DNA from: Eledone cirrhosa
Lineage: Eukaryota
Direction of reading: 5' to 3'
Assembly (NCBI GenBank): GCA_964016885.1
Contig: OZ024740.1
Span: 264,802,001 to 264,866,000 of the forward strand
Length of the DNA stretch: 64,000 bases
Shown: positions 41,574 through 55,684 of the stretch, one piece after another
Layout of the letters: every line of letters begins with the position of its first letter
Position numbering within the stretch: position 1 is the first letter of the stretch
The notes under the pieces: model-generated
What the model was told of the DNA's origin: nothing
The model's database searches: none
Seen by the model: only the letters and a program-made list of their open reading frames with translations
Program-made: the position numbers and the translations under genes

Positions 41574-41762
41574 TGGTGGATTGGCAGTATCGGTAGAGGG
41601 TCGGATGCCATGCTTTGAAGCATAGAGTTACCTCCCTGTATGATCTGAGTTCAAATCCCGCCGAAGTTAACTTTGCCTTTCATCCTTCCGGGGTCGATAA
41701 AATAAAGTACCAGTAATGCACTGGGTAATTGCTGACCTTGTGCCAAAAGTAGAAACAATTAT
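41574..41762 (+). mobile_element. Meta-domain SINE
   Basis: A box, B box, core and tail. Confidence 0.92.
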
Positions 41763-42557
41763 TTGTCCCCAACCTGTCAAAATAAGCAGAAGTCTTCAAT
41801 AATTAATGCAAGCGAATATATTTGGTGAAAAGATTATCTCTTTTTTTATAAGGATTGGTTTATAAGGCAAGGTTATCTCTTTTTTTATAAGGATTATCAA
41901 TAAAGTTTGTTATCGCCCTTACATCAATTTTTCTACCGATAATTTTGATATCGATTTTTAATTGCTCAACGTGGGTCGATTTGAAAATTGTTTGTGATGT
42001 AACAATCCTATCGACCTGTGCAACGTGCACAGAAATTTTTTTCAAATTCAGTTGGGAATTGTGAAAGCCTTATGCATGCCAAGTTGCTCACAGACACACA
42101 CACACATCCTCGCTTTTATATATATACAGATTTCTGGAAATATTATAACAATATGACCCTCCCAAAATATAAGAATATTTGTTTCAACGAACGATTTCAT
42201 ATCAATAACCTTGCAAAACAAATTCATCACCGTCAATATATATATGTGAAGGAAGTTCGTTTGTTTGTTTGCTGTTTGTTGACTTCAATACATTGGTAAT
42301 AATTATAGTATTGTCTGAAACCGCTCACCCTCGGTCTATCAAACTATGTCTTTCGCTTTTTTCTCTATATTTTATTTAATATTAATCAATATTTTTTATA
42401 TATTTTTTTTACGTTTTTGCAATAAAACTACACTTTTCAAGAATAATCACACAATTCGCCATTAGCTGTTATACACACATATTGATTCATACACATATAT
42501 ATTTACACATGTGTGTATACAAGCATATATTCAAATTCGTAAATTCTTAGGGTGATT

Positions 42558-42800
42558 TAGCATGTGTACGCTTAAATGTAATTCTCGGGAGATTCAACAT
42601 GACAGTATGTGACAAGGCTAAGCATTCTACACACAGACATGTGTATCCTTAAATGTAATTCTCAGGGAGATTCAGTAAGACACTTTGTCTGACAAGGATG
42701 AATATTGCTCACACAGACATGTGTACCCTTAAATGTAATTCTTAGGTAGATTCAGCATGACAGAGTTTGACAAGGCTGAATATTTCACACAAAAACATGA
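42558..42800. repeat. About 79-bp tandem repeat (three copies)
   Basis: catgtgta..cttaaatgtaattct..gg.agattca...gaca...tgacaagg repeated. Confidence 0.85.
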
Positions 42801-43997
42801 CCAAAAGAGGAAATTAATGAACCCCAACACATCAACAAACTGTTGTACAACAGAACGTATCCCTTATTAAACATTTGATCGTCGTGGTAGGGGGTAATAG
42901 GATGATCACAAGGACCCTGTGAAGGTAAAGAGACTATAACACCACTTAGGGGGGGGGGGGGGCGTCTATATACCCTACATTACTAGGAAAGGGACTTTAT
43001 ATATACCCATGGTTAACGACTTTTTATATATATATCAAGAAAATGTTGATCGTTTATATCTACATATATAGTTTTTATCTACATATGTGAATAATATACA
43101 CGCATACATGTATACATTATCCATATAATATTTGCAAAAGTCATTGTATTCGTATTTCTGTTCCACAATGCATAATGATAATCGTTTTCAAAAACCGTTC
43201 TCACCGTCTTTTTCTTCCTATTTTCTTTTTTCTCCACCCCACCCACCTCTCTCATGAAACATCACACTTTGTAATTTCAAAACGCGTTTTATCATGAAAG
43301 TTCCTATTTTTCATAAACGGTCATTTGTGTTCCAAAACAGTCTAGGAACCTCTTAAAAGATATAAAAGTGCAATATTGTAGAAACAATGTATCAGTTGAA
43401 CTTCAACCACATTGCCTTAGCTTTTCTAAAGTTGTTCACAACAGTCATAGAAAGGTTAAGCTAATCTATATGATACTAAGTAAAGCTCAAACGCACTTTA
43501 CAACAAAATGACAAAAAGTTATTTGGTATTGTCAAAGTGGGGTGATATTAATAGGCACAATAACACACTGAGCTCCAATAATGCCAGCCTTCCGTTTACA
43601 ATGAGAACATATATGAGGTCAGCTTCGTCATTGATCTATATCTCCCGGGTGAAGATATTCATGTAATTTTCATTCATTTCCCATTTAATCCACATTTTAG
43701 CTTTTAAAAAAGATGCCGAGGAGAAGAAAGTTCTTACTGTCTACAAGCTCTTCAGATGTTGCCATCTTATATAATACTCCAGGGTGGGTAGTTTACAAAG
43801 CTTATTTGTGCATGCTCAAAACCAGAAAACAACGAATTTTGTTTAATCAAAGATCTTAGAATTTATCTGCTATCATAAAAGTGGTACATTTTTCATTTTC
43901 ATTTTTTGTTATTTTTGTATTATGAATTGATTTTACCCTTTGGCTGTATTACATTACAGACAAGCAAGAAAAGCAATCACATACTTTTACTATTATA

Positions 43998-44358
43998 CTA
44001 GACCACCCGTGACCCGTTGGGTCACGTTCATTTTAAAAAAAAAAAAATTTAATCATGTTCACGTGAAAATACTTGTTTAATAATTAAAATATACACAGCC
44101 ATGTATATAATGTGAAATGATACTGGAACCCATATATATACGTGTGTGTATGTATAAATATAAATGTGTGAGTGTGCATACATATATATGTATGCGTATG
44201 TGTATATATGTAGGAGTCTGTGATCTACATATACTGGTACTAGACACACACACATATATACACACATAAATAGAGACACAACAACAACACCATCTCTCTC
44301 TCTCTCGCTTCCATTCTCCTTCTCTGCCTGCTCTCCCTCTCTCTATGTCTCACAACCA

Positions 44359-44433
<75 letters not shown>

Positions 44434-44637
44434 TCTTTCTCTCTCTCTGTTCATGAAGGTACCCGGAAAAACCCCGTATCTCGAGAACCCGTGCTCCGAT
44501 TTATGCGAAACTTATTTTATTCCATTTGTATTCCCATTTCAAGGTCAACACTCTTTCAAAAATATTTTCCCATTATGCGCCCTTTTGGCTGTTATACAGA
44601 CATGCAAACACATACCTTTAGTAGAATATAGATAGAT
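43998..44637 (-). mobile_element. Non-autonomous Helitron
   Basis: Minus-strand 5' TCTATATTCTACTAAAGG; 3' hairpin cgtgacccaacgggtcacg followed by ggtggt-CTAG|T. Confidence 0.8.
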
Positions 44638-44643
44638 AATAAT

Positions 44644-44830
44644 TGTTTCTACTTTTGGCAGCAGGCCAGAAATTACCCAGTACATTACTGGTACTTTATT
44701 TTATCGACCCCGTAAGGATGAAAGGCAAAGTTAACCTCGGCGGGATTTGAATTCTGTGTGTAAAGGGATGTATCTCTCTGCTGAAAAGCATGGCGTCCGA
44801 CCCTCTACTGATACTGCTAATCCACCACCC
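44644..44830 (-). mobile_element. Meta-domain SINE with TSD
   Basis: TSD atatagatagataataat at 44626-44643 and 44833-44850. Confidence 0.92.
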
Positions 44831-45419
44831 TTATATAGATAGATAATAATAATATTCGTTTCGTTTGCAAGTAAACAGCCTCATTTTGCTAAGTTTTTAT
44901 AGATGAACAGCGCTATTCTAGTGTTCTAGCGGTGACAGAGAGAAACAATCGACAATAATATTGTTTCTGAGTATCTCTCTCCTGTTGCTTGCTAGAAATA
45001 TTGAGAATATACAGTATTCTCTTAACCATACCTCGGCTAGTTAGAGTAATTTGCATATCGAGTGATCGTACGGCTGTCTTTGTCGAAAATTAAAAAAATA
45101 ACAAAAACAAAATAAGTATTTCCTTTATCGCTCTAAAATAGCGGATACGTAAATGAATTCGTGACTTTTATATCGAATAATAATATCCGATTCGTTATTG
45201 CCGACTGTTTCTCTCTGTCACTACTAGAACACACACACACACACACATATATATATGTATGTATATGTTCATATATATATAAACATATGTATGTGTATAT
45301 ATATATAGTGTGTGCGTGTGTATTGTGTGTGTTATGGTGGATTCTCTCGCCACGAAAGACAAATGAGGGTTCAACACGGATCTGTTTATTTTTAATTGAA
45401 AAAGGACTATACAAGGCAG

Positions 45420-48400
45420 AATAAGCTGGCTAAGAAATGCGTTTTCATATGATCCATCGAGGAATTGTAGAAATTATCCTAAAGTCGCGATTGGATATTA
45501 CATGCATTAGTTGAAGAGCGAGAAAATAGAAAGAAGAGACACTTGGTATGTGTTGTTTAGGAGGAAAGGGCAGACTTCTATTGATAGGGAACCATGCTAA
45601 TGAAACTAAATACTACAGGAGCAATGTTATGCAGTATAATGCTGCGTTTCGATTATGTCATTTGGAACTGAAAAAGATTATATTGAGTATGGTTATTTCA
45701 CATTTAAAATCCAAGGCCAATACTACCATGGGGATTCAAAATTCATTCAAGTTTACTTTGGGGGCAATAACGAATAAGAGCTACTCAATGATGCAGAAAT
45801 ATTTCCAGTGGTCTTCAGCTACAAATTATTAGCAGTCTGCAAAATGTGCTTCATGAAAACCATCATTACATAAGAGTATTCAAATTTGCCTTAGAAAATA
45901 AAAACCATGTATAAAATTACTATTAGACCTGATAAAAAACCAGCAAAAGAACACAAGCATTATAACAAATCACTGGAAGATGAAGTAGCTGTACTAATGG
46001 TCACCGAACAACATGGATTCAGAGTCATACCTGTAGAGGAAAGATCTGGCCAATTACGAAGAATTGCAGAGACTCACAGACCATACGACGCTCTTCAATA
46101 TCCTTTGATTTTTGGCGAGGTCAGAGTGGATACAATTTCACCTTAAGATAAGTAAACCCCAGTACAGGTGAGGAAACTAATAAACCGGTCGGTTGCAAAT
46201 ACTTTTATTCATTTCACTTCATGGTAACAGATTACTTTAACCATATTATAAAAAATGGGAAAACTTACAAACCAATTATGAGTTGATGATTATGCTAAGA
46301 TTGAAGTTGAACTACTTTGCATTCATTAAAAGCAACCGAGCTAAATTTAGAGCAGATTAACACATCCACTTAGGAAGCGCTATTGTAACGGATTGAATGA
46401 ATCCTTCCGGTGTTAGTCAGCAGAGTATTTCTGCAATCTAACTGACCACACAATTCTGGCAGAGCACACTATATGGCTGAGTGCACACAAGATGCCATGG
46501 CATATGCAAGAAATTGTGGTTGTCCAGATCTTTTCATTACATTTACATGCAATCCTATGTGGCCTGAAATTCAAATTGAACTGTTTGAACACCAGGATGT
46601 AAAAGATGGACATAACATCATTGCCAGTGTTTTCAATGAGAAACAGATCTTGATGTTGCTGCTAAAATATGGACACACCTTTTGCGAACTAAGATGTTGG
46701 CTTTACACTATTGACTGGCGGAAATGAAGTCTTCCTCATTTCCATACGCTAATGTTTTGTACAAACCAGATTCACTCAAATGAAATTGATAAAATCATTA
46801 GAGCTGAATTGCACGATTCAGAAGAACACACAGAATTATTTGCCATTGTCTCAAAACAAATGTTACAAGTGTGTGTGCATGAGAGTAACACACATGAAAC
46901 AAAGATATCCAACAAGAAACAATAATTGGAGGTAACGCATATCCTTAATACAATCCCTGGCCTTGGTGGGAAAACTGTGATTATCAAAATACTTGATCAA
47001 GTCTTCCCTGCAATTCTCTCCTCTGCAAAATCCTTGACGCTAACATCAATTGTGAGTATAGCGCATCAGTCAAATCAATTAAATATGTTTGTAAATATGT
47101 CAACAAATCTAGTGAGATGCTAATCTTTACTATTGGTGGCAATAACCAATCAAATCGAGTTAAAACATACCTAACAGAAAGATATATTTCTAGCAATGAA
47201 GCCATATGGAGAATATTTGGTTTCGACATACACAATAGACACCCAGCGGTAGTGTACCTTGTACTCCACTTGGAAAATGGTCAGAAGATGCCTTTGTTAA
47301 AAGTGCTTTACCATGGGATTCTCACATTCTACACAGGGAATAAAAAGAAATGGGGCAGACGAAAGATAGGCAATCATGTGGATGGCTATCAAGAGATCAA
47401 AGCAAGTGGCGCTGTGAGAAGGGTTTACATGGTCCATCCTAGACATAGGGTATGTTTCTATTTCAGGTTACTCCTTCACGCTGTTAGAGAGCCAACATCA
47501 TTTGAAAATATCAACATTTTATATGGAACTCCCTGTGCAACGTATGCTGAATCATCTAAATTACTTGGCCTACTTGAAGACGGGGGATATTGGGAAACGA
47601 CATTGGAAGAGTCAACTACCACACAAATGCCTTAAAAGTTGCGATATATTTTTAATGTAATACTCACTACGTGCAATATTTCAGATGATTTGAGTGTCTG
47701 GGAAAGCTATAGGGAAAACTTGTAGTAAGATATGTTGCACAGAATCAAACTTCAATGCACTGGCATTAATTTATATTTTCTTCTCTACTGATCTATTAAG
47801 AAGCATTGTCAGTGGAATTGGATTACGGTTTACCAGAACCTGAGGACACACCTGCATGTCATATTACACAGGATATAATAAGGGAGACGACTATGACATC
47901 AACAAGTTTACACAGTATATCAATTAAAATGAAAGATAAGCTGATTGGAGATCAAAGAATATTGACCAGCACCGACCAGAATGAAAGAGACCTTTAATGT
48001 TTGGATACTGCAGGAGGAACTGGTAAAACCTTCATAATAAATCTCATATTAGCAAAAGTAAGGCAGCAAAAGCAAATTGCTTTGGCTGTTGCATCAAGTT
48101 GTGTTTCTGCTACCTTACTTGATGGAGGCAAAACTCAACGTTCAAGTTGCCATTGAATGTCACAAGAGAAGAGCCTACTTCGTGCAATATCAAAAGGAAG
48201 ACGACAAAAGGAAGGCATATAAAGACAGTCTCCGTGTTCATATAGGATTAGACTACAAGGGCACATAGAAGGTTATTTAAGAGACATCAGAGAATGTAAT
48301 GAAATCATGGGAGGAGTTACGGTGATGCTTCCTGGTGACTTCAGATAGATTATCTCTGTCATTCCTAAAGGCACGCGAGCTGATATTGTAAACGCTTGCC

Positions 48401-49225
48401 TCAAAGTCTCAACTATATGGCAACGAGTTCGGTGATTACCCTTGAGTACAAACATGAGAGTGCAGTTGTACAATGATGCAGAAATTGATACTTTTGCAAA
48501 ATAGCTAATTACACGGGGTCATGGAAATCTGCAACAAGATGAAAATGGAGAAGTCAGCCTGCCATTTGAAAATGTCTGCAACACAGCAAATGAACTAGTC
48601 GATCATGTATTTCCAAATTTTGCCAATATTATATCAATCAATCATGGCTGTTTGAGAGAGCAATTTTTGCTCCAAAAAATAATATGGTCAACCAGCGCTC
48701 TCAGGGAAGGTTCAAACATTTGTCTCAATTCACAAATTTGAAGAGGATTCTAAAGCTGTTAATTATCCTGCAGAGTTCCTTAATAATCTGGAACTGCCTG
48801 GACTTCCTCCACACAAATTAACGCTAAAGATTGAATCACCCATCATCATTTTGAGAAACTTAGACCCGCCACATCTATGCAATGACACAAGCTTAACAGT
48901 CAGGCAGGAGATTAACCATCTCCTAGTGGTCACTATTCTTGGAGGCAATTATCAAGGGGAAAAATGCATTTTTCCCAAGTGCCCTCTTATCCCTTTCTCT
49001 ACCGAGCTGCCGTTCAAATTCTCAAGACTTCAGTTCCCTGTTAGAGCTATTTTTGTTATGACTATAGATAAATGTCAGGTTCAGAGTCTCATAGATGTAG
49101 GATTGAATCTCAGAAAAGCGGTGTTTCCTCATGGGCAGTTATATGTTGGTTGTTCACGAATGGGAACAGCTAGAAATATTCTTATACTATGCACAAACAC
49201 TAAAACACAGAATCTGGTGTGCCAG
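45420..49225 (+). pseudogene. Second, more degraded Helitron RepHel
   Basis: YDALQYPL, QDAMAYARNCGCPDLFITFTCNPMW, IKYVCKYVNK, RYISSNEAIWRIFGF, GGTGKT, LRNLDPPHLCNDT, RLQFPVRAIFVMTIDKCQVQSL, VFPHGQLYVGCSR. Confidence 0.93.
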
Positions 49226-49261
49226 CCTAAAAAAAAAAGAATCTGATTGAGGGTGGTTGTT

Positions 49262-49520
49262 TTCAATGCCCCAAGCACACCGTGATGTCTGGCGAAGGTC
49301 GGTTTCCAGCAGCTCATGTAGGTGTTCGTCATAGAAGTCGAATGGACGTCGTCCGCGTAGTCGATCTCCAAGGTAGTAATGACCGGAACAGAAACGTGCT
49401 AGCAATTCCCTGACGCTACGTTCAGACATGGTTTGTGACTCAAATGTATTGCACATAGGTCAGATTTGAAGTCTGAATTAACGATTTGGATATAGCCATG
49501 TTTCTCTCCCTTCGACGGCG
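49262..49520 (-). pseudogene. Mariner (Mos1/SETMAR-like) transposase N-terminal HTH fragment
   Basis: CNTFESQTMSERSVRELLARFCSGHYYLGDRLRGRRPFDFYDEHLHELLETDLRQTSR matches SERTV..WF.RF.SG...LED..RSGRP....D.RQT.R. Confidence 0.8.
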
Positions 49521-51550
49521 TAACAGAAAATGAGAAATGCACATAGGGCGTGCCAACATCACTCCATATATATATGTGTGTGATTTTAAATAGCTAGAGT
49601 TACTCTTCCAAACAGTATTTATTTATATATAAACATTGATGTAAATGATGTAGTTTGAATTGCTATGTATATAAATAGCAAACAACATTTACTGCAGCAG
49701 AAATGTATTTATTTTAAGTGTCTTCGGTAAGTAATGCTATTTTCTAGCAGTTTTCTTTTATAATTTTTATCAGACTCTGTCTTGCCTATGTGCAGAATAG
49801 AGATGTTATATCTATGTTAGATTTGTTGTGTTGACTTCGGAGCAGTGTTAAGAGTTTCCGCTGATTTTCAGTGTTAGCTCAGAAAAAACGTTTGGAAGTA
49901 TAATGTTGGAGATGTAGTTTTGAACCAGCATCGATGTCTTCAGATGCGAGCCCCGCAAGGTGAAGTGGTTGTTCATTAAAAAAAAAAAAATAACACACGG
50001 CAAAAAAGTTTGTTACTTGAAATTTCATACGTTATAAAATAAATAGAATATGTTGGGTCTCAATATTTAAACTAAACGACTAATTCCGGTTTTAGAAAAT
50101 AATCAAAGGAGACAACCTAGAAAAATTAGAGCTTTTATTTCAACATCCCTTATTATTTGGTACCCGAGAGAAGTTTGCATTCAGGGACAGAATGTCATGA
50201 AGCATTATTTGTGCTTCCATGATTCCATGGACGATATATTATTGTCTTCAGTTTTGTTTAGTGTATTTTTAGATTCTTCCCCTCCATTTTAACGCTCGTT
50301 GATCTGTTGCGTTTTATGTTTATTCTATTTGTAGACAGATGTAGGTAGGGCCGGGATAATATATTGTTGTGACTATTATTGATAGTTATCAGTCTTTTAT
50401 GTATAATCAGTTATTGTACTTATTTTTGATGCGTATTCATCCCATGATTGTATTCAATTTGTACTTTGAAATCGTGTGGGTTATTTATGAGAGTTTAACT
50501 GTATAACATCGGAGCATATCCAGTAGTATTAATTAAAATTGTAAGCATGAAATTATATACATGATGTAAATCATATGAATATGTTCTCTATATTACTGCA
50601 AGTATGTGTCGTTATATAAATATCAACATGCAATTGAATGAAATATACATTTCGAGAATTGAATAATTACATGATTTAAAGCCGTGTATTTGACAATGAC
50701 CATATGTTGTGTCATAAATAGACATTCGTCCAACCATGATTTGGTATCTGGTGTAATAAGGCCTGGGTAAAACGTAGTTAAAAGGGTAGTTTAAAATATA
50801 TTCATCATCATATGTATTTGAGATATAGGTAAATAATGAGATATTCCATTAACTGTATAAGATAGTTCGATTGTACATATAAACATATGTAAGAGAAGGA
50901 CGGCGAGAGGAAAAGACAAAGGGGGGATAGTGAATATCATATAAATCTGTATAAATGTTGATAAGAAAAGTTAACTGTATGGTTGAAATTTTAAATGGAT
51001 AGTTGGTGAGGAATGAAATCAAAACCTAGAAAATATATATTTGCATTCTTACATAAACCTATATAAATAAATAAAGTATATATGCTAAAAACACTAAAAT
51101 TACCTTCAAAAACTGACGATGTATTTTCTAGCTTTAGATTTCAGAAAGAAACTGAAATTTCGAAAGGTGATTTTTAATACTATATGAAGATATGACTATT
51201 AGAACTCTTAGTAAGTAGACATATAATGCAAACGGGTGGTGAAAAAACTTTAAACTAGATCTGTTATTCAAGTATGTTCAGCCTATGGCCTCCAATCCGA
51301 AAGAAACAAATTCCATTTACTTAATTATCCTTTCATCCAGTACTTTGCTTCACCGGGAGACATTTTTTTTCTCCAAATCTAACAAAGATATTTGAGTCCT
51401 CTTAAAAGTATATCGAGGACACAACACAGGCCGCTGGCGTTCTATCGTTGCTAATGAATCCGAAAAATGAAGTACCGCAGTTATTTGCGTCTATGCAAAA
51501 GATAGTGCCTAAGAAACGGGAATTGATACAACTGCCTGATTTTTACAAGG

Positions 51551-51625
<75 letters not shown>

Positions 51626-51738
51626 AATATACATATAAATATGTGTGCATGTATGTATATATGTATGTATATGTATACATATATATATGTATGTGTGTGT
51701 ATGTATATACATATTTAAACACACACACACACACATAC

Positions 51739-51769
<31 letters not shown>

Positions 51770-52219
51770 TTCGTGCATATTTAATTTATTATTTTATCCA
51801 TACATATATTTTATTTTTCTATTAGGCGTTCAAATTCAATAACCCTTATCTACGGTTTATACCCTCAGAATATAGATATAATAATACCCTTCCATTAAAC
51901 TACATACATTTCTTTTTCTTTTCGTTCTGCAATGTTATATAGGCTGTTTTTATACAGATGATAGAGCGAATAACATATATGAAGGAGATACAAAGGACAT
52001 TTTAGTAGGTTTTTTTTACTTCTCTGTAGAGATTTTTACTGACTCGAAAAATGTTTAAAGCTTGTTGAAGTAAATAACTCAGAAATATTGACGTCAAGAC
52101 AATATTGAATGTAAGCGTTTCATATACATATTCTTACAGGCAGTACATTTATTCACGCATGGATATTACTATATCTTGTTGTATAAGTATATGTTTATGC
52201 TTGTATAAATGTATACTAC

Positions 52220-52358
<139 letters not shown>

Positions 52359-52419
52359 ATATACATAAGTGTGTGTGGATGATTTGATTGGGTGCGTTCA
52401 TGAGTGGTTTGAGCAGGGT

Positions 52420-52465
<46 letters not shown>

Positions 52466-52570
52466 TATTATGCATTTTTTTTGTTATTCTTATCAGTGAT
52501 CAGATGGGGCACCACCATATTCACGCATACAACCACTCACAAAAACCCACATGCACGCTCACAATGACTT

Positions 52571-52694
<124 letters not shown>

Positions 52695-52720
52695 AATATA
52701 TAAACATAAATATATATATT

Positions 52721-52759
<39 letters not shown>

Positions 52760-52952
52760 CTCTCTCTCTCTCTCTGCACACACATATAACGAAAATCTGC
52801 GCATTCAATATTGATTGTATAAAAAAAATGGTTTCTTATCAATGGTGATTGTTGTTTACTTTAAAGTCTCCTTGATACTGGCTTGTGAAACTTGTCATCC
52901 TATTTTGATATCTGAGGAGGAGCCAGTATGCAGTCATCATTAATTATATATA

Positions 52953-53137
52953 GATTGGCAGTATCGGTAGAGAGTCGGACACCATGCTTTGAAGCATAGA
53001 GGTACGTCCCTTTACGGCCTGAGTTCAAATCCTGCCGAGGTTAACTTTGCCTTTCATCCTTACGGGGTCGATAACATAAAGTACCAGTAATACACTGGTT
53101 GATGTTTTGCCTTGTGACAAAGGTAGAAACAATTAAT
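52953..53137 (+). mobile_element. Meta-domain SINE
   Basis: A box, B box and core; aattatatata flanks both sides. Confidence 0.9.
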
Positions 53138-53357
53138 TATATATATGTAGTGTGACAACCGTTTTTGGTAGATTGTCCAGGAAAATTGTAACTTGATATC
53201 ATCCCCCTTCGAATAAGTTAGGATATGTAAAATTAGGGGAAGGCAAATCTCTTCAGGAGATCTTCTCAAATTAACAGTGACCACTGCTTGTGATTTTTCG
53301 AAAGGGAAAAAATATTTCGTGACAGACAGCTGGCAAGAAGGGTAGCAACAGATGGGT

Positions 53358-53653
53358 GATTGGCAAATAATAGGAGTGCTAGAAATAGCTCACCGTTGCA
53401 CCCTATTTTTACTCAACTATACAGAGTATAGAACAAATTATCATATATATATATATATATATATATATAGGAACCAGTAAGACCCCGACGGCTGAGCTCA
53501 AGCCGTTTCGACGGCTAATTCAGAATTAGCCGTCTAAACGGCTTGAGCTCAGCCGTCGGTGTCTTACTGGTTCCTATTACCCACTCTACTACCCTAAGTA
53601 TTGAGTACTTTGGTGCGTTATGGTCCACCTGGTTCCTAATCCCATTTCCTTCG

Positions 53654-53702
<49 letters not shown>

Positions 53703-53785
53703 AATTTGTTCTATACTCTGTATAGTTGAGTAAAAATAGGCTCCAACGGTGAGCTATTTCTAGCACTCCTATTATTTGCCAATCA
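53358..53785. repeat. Nested inverted repeats: outer arms of about 90 bp plus an inner 110-bp palindrome within (TA)n
   Basis: 53358-53445 versus 53699-53785; inner palindrome 53467-53577 centred on aattc-a-gaatt. Confidence 0.9.
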
Positions 53786-54191
53786 AAATATATATATATA
53801 TATATACATATTAGATATATGACATTCACATACTTATATGCATACAGTTATGGCTAATCGAAAACCTTAATACTGTTTGCAAGCACAGCCGGCTTGTAAA
53901 CTCTAAATGCTAATGCGGCTTATCAGCCCATCTACATAGGCGAAAAAATATATATTTCTGCTTGTTACACACTCCAGGAAAAAGCTAGTGAATCACTGTC
54001 AGGATGACAGCCAGAACCAGAAACGCGTTGGCTGTTGTACCCCGCAACTTCTACTGGAATATCCGCGAGACAGCGCTAGCTGTCACCTTTTCAATATGCA
54101 TAGGTAGAAAGCTTTCCAAATGTTTATTCGTAAACATAGCATATAATCATTAGATATACGAAATTCGTCTATGTCGGAGCGAAAATTTACA

Positions 54192-54222
<31 letters not shown>

Positions 54223-54232
54223 TACACACATA

Positions 54233-54347
<115 letters not shown>

Positions 54348-54630
54348 GGGAGAGAGAGAGAAAGAGTATCTAGAGTTGATCCAATGTTTACGATCTACTC
54401 ACTGCATGGTTATATTATTCGCAGAACATATATATAAAAACCAACCGAAGCTGTTATTGGCACATTTCATTGATCGCCATATGTTTCGTCAGGCTAAATG
54501 AGAATATTCTCATTAAACCAGCTCATCGGCATCTATAAATATTGAAATTAACATTAACGAATTTACCTTCAATTGTACATTGTTAACATCCATAGTTTAC
54601 ATACATAAACAGAGACACATATATATATAT

Positions 54631-54827
54631 AGGTACCTTTTCATATTGTTTTCTTTTCCCACTCATGAATTTATAAGGTTCTGACTAATTAATTGATTAA
54701 CTCCTATAAGGGAGACCATCAGTTGCCAGTGGAGTTCAATGAAGGAGTTAATCAATTAATTAGTCAGATCCTTATAAATTCATGAGTGGGAAAAGAAAAC
54801 AATATGAAAAGGTACCTTACTGATGGT
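54631..54827. repeat. Inverted repeat with arms of about 75 bp next to (TA)n
   Basis: aggtaccttttc...ttaactcct versus aggagttaa...gaaaaggtacct, near-perfect. Confidence 0.9.
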
Positions 54828-55684
54828 CACGCTTATATTACATAGTTTCTGTATAATAAATCTCTCCTCCTATGCGGCGACACCAACCACATTAGGTAAT
54901 AATCCGTGGTTCTCTTTCTCCTTAGTTATCTTAACCATACAGTCTCCCAAACTAACTACCGATACAAAATAAGCCTTAAAACATTTAATCTAACTGCATG
55001 ATGCCGTGCAACAGGACGCTTATATCAGAAACAAATTATTATGTATATAAACGTGAGGTTTAAAAGATGAATATTACATAAATACAATATCCAAAAGCAA
55101 TAAAAACATACCCCAAACTGCATTATAAGAAACATATACTTATATACATAGTCACACAGCTGTAAATACACAAATGGGATCGAAATAAGCAAATGGAAAT
55201 TTGCAAAATTACTTTACAAAATATTCGCTAGAATATCATTCTTACGTTCTATATTATCAAAATGTGTCTGCACTCTACCAAGCGTGAGGGATAAAGAATA
55301 ACAAAAAGAAGAAAGAAACATGGAAGGGGGATGGAAAGACTGACAAATACACACCCATATCCTTCGTCTCACAGCCTTGTCACAAACTTCAAAGGCCAGA
55401 ATTCCAAACACTTGTGGTCACTTGTTTAGGAATCACCCACACATCAACTCCACCCTCAATCTAAATTCAACCCTAATCCTAACTCGAACCGGCCAAACGA
55501 AACATCAAAGTTAACTTGGTGAATGTTTGAAAAAATACCACCCCAAACTGTTCATAAGAGTTGTCATATTTCCCCCTACGCTTGCAACTAACTCAATTTT
55601 ACAACCTCGATGGAAATATACACCCCCCCCCCTCCCCCACACACACACACACACTCACGTACACACACATACATATATATATTT

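Larger units (their letters stand above)
41494..43997 (-). mobile_element. Non-autonomous Helitron
   Basis: Minus-strand 3' end ccacgagcaacgccgggtaaatctg-CTAG|T; 5' region TATAATAGTAAAAG...cttgtctgtaatg at 43997; internal limits inferred. Confidence 0.6.

Noticed and set aside
42558-42800. CRISPR-like array
   Set aside because: Whole units are similar with no unique spacers, and the context is eukaryotic
53995-54040. Hammerhead at caggatga...gaaacgcgttg
   Set aside because: The core and stem II are too degenerate to support
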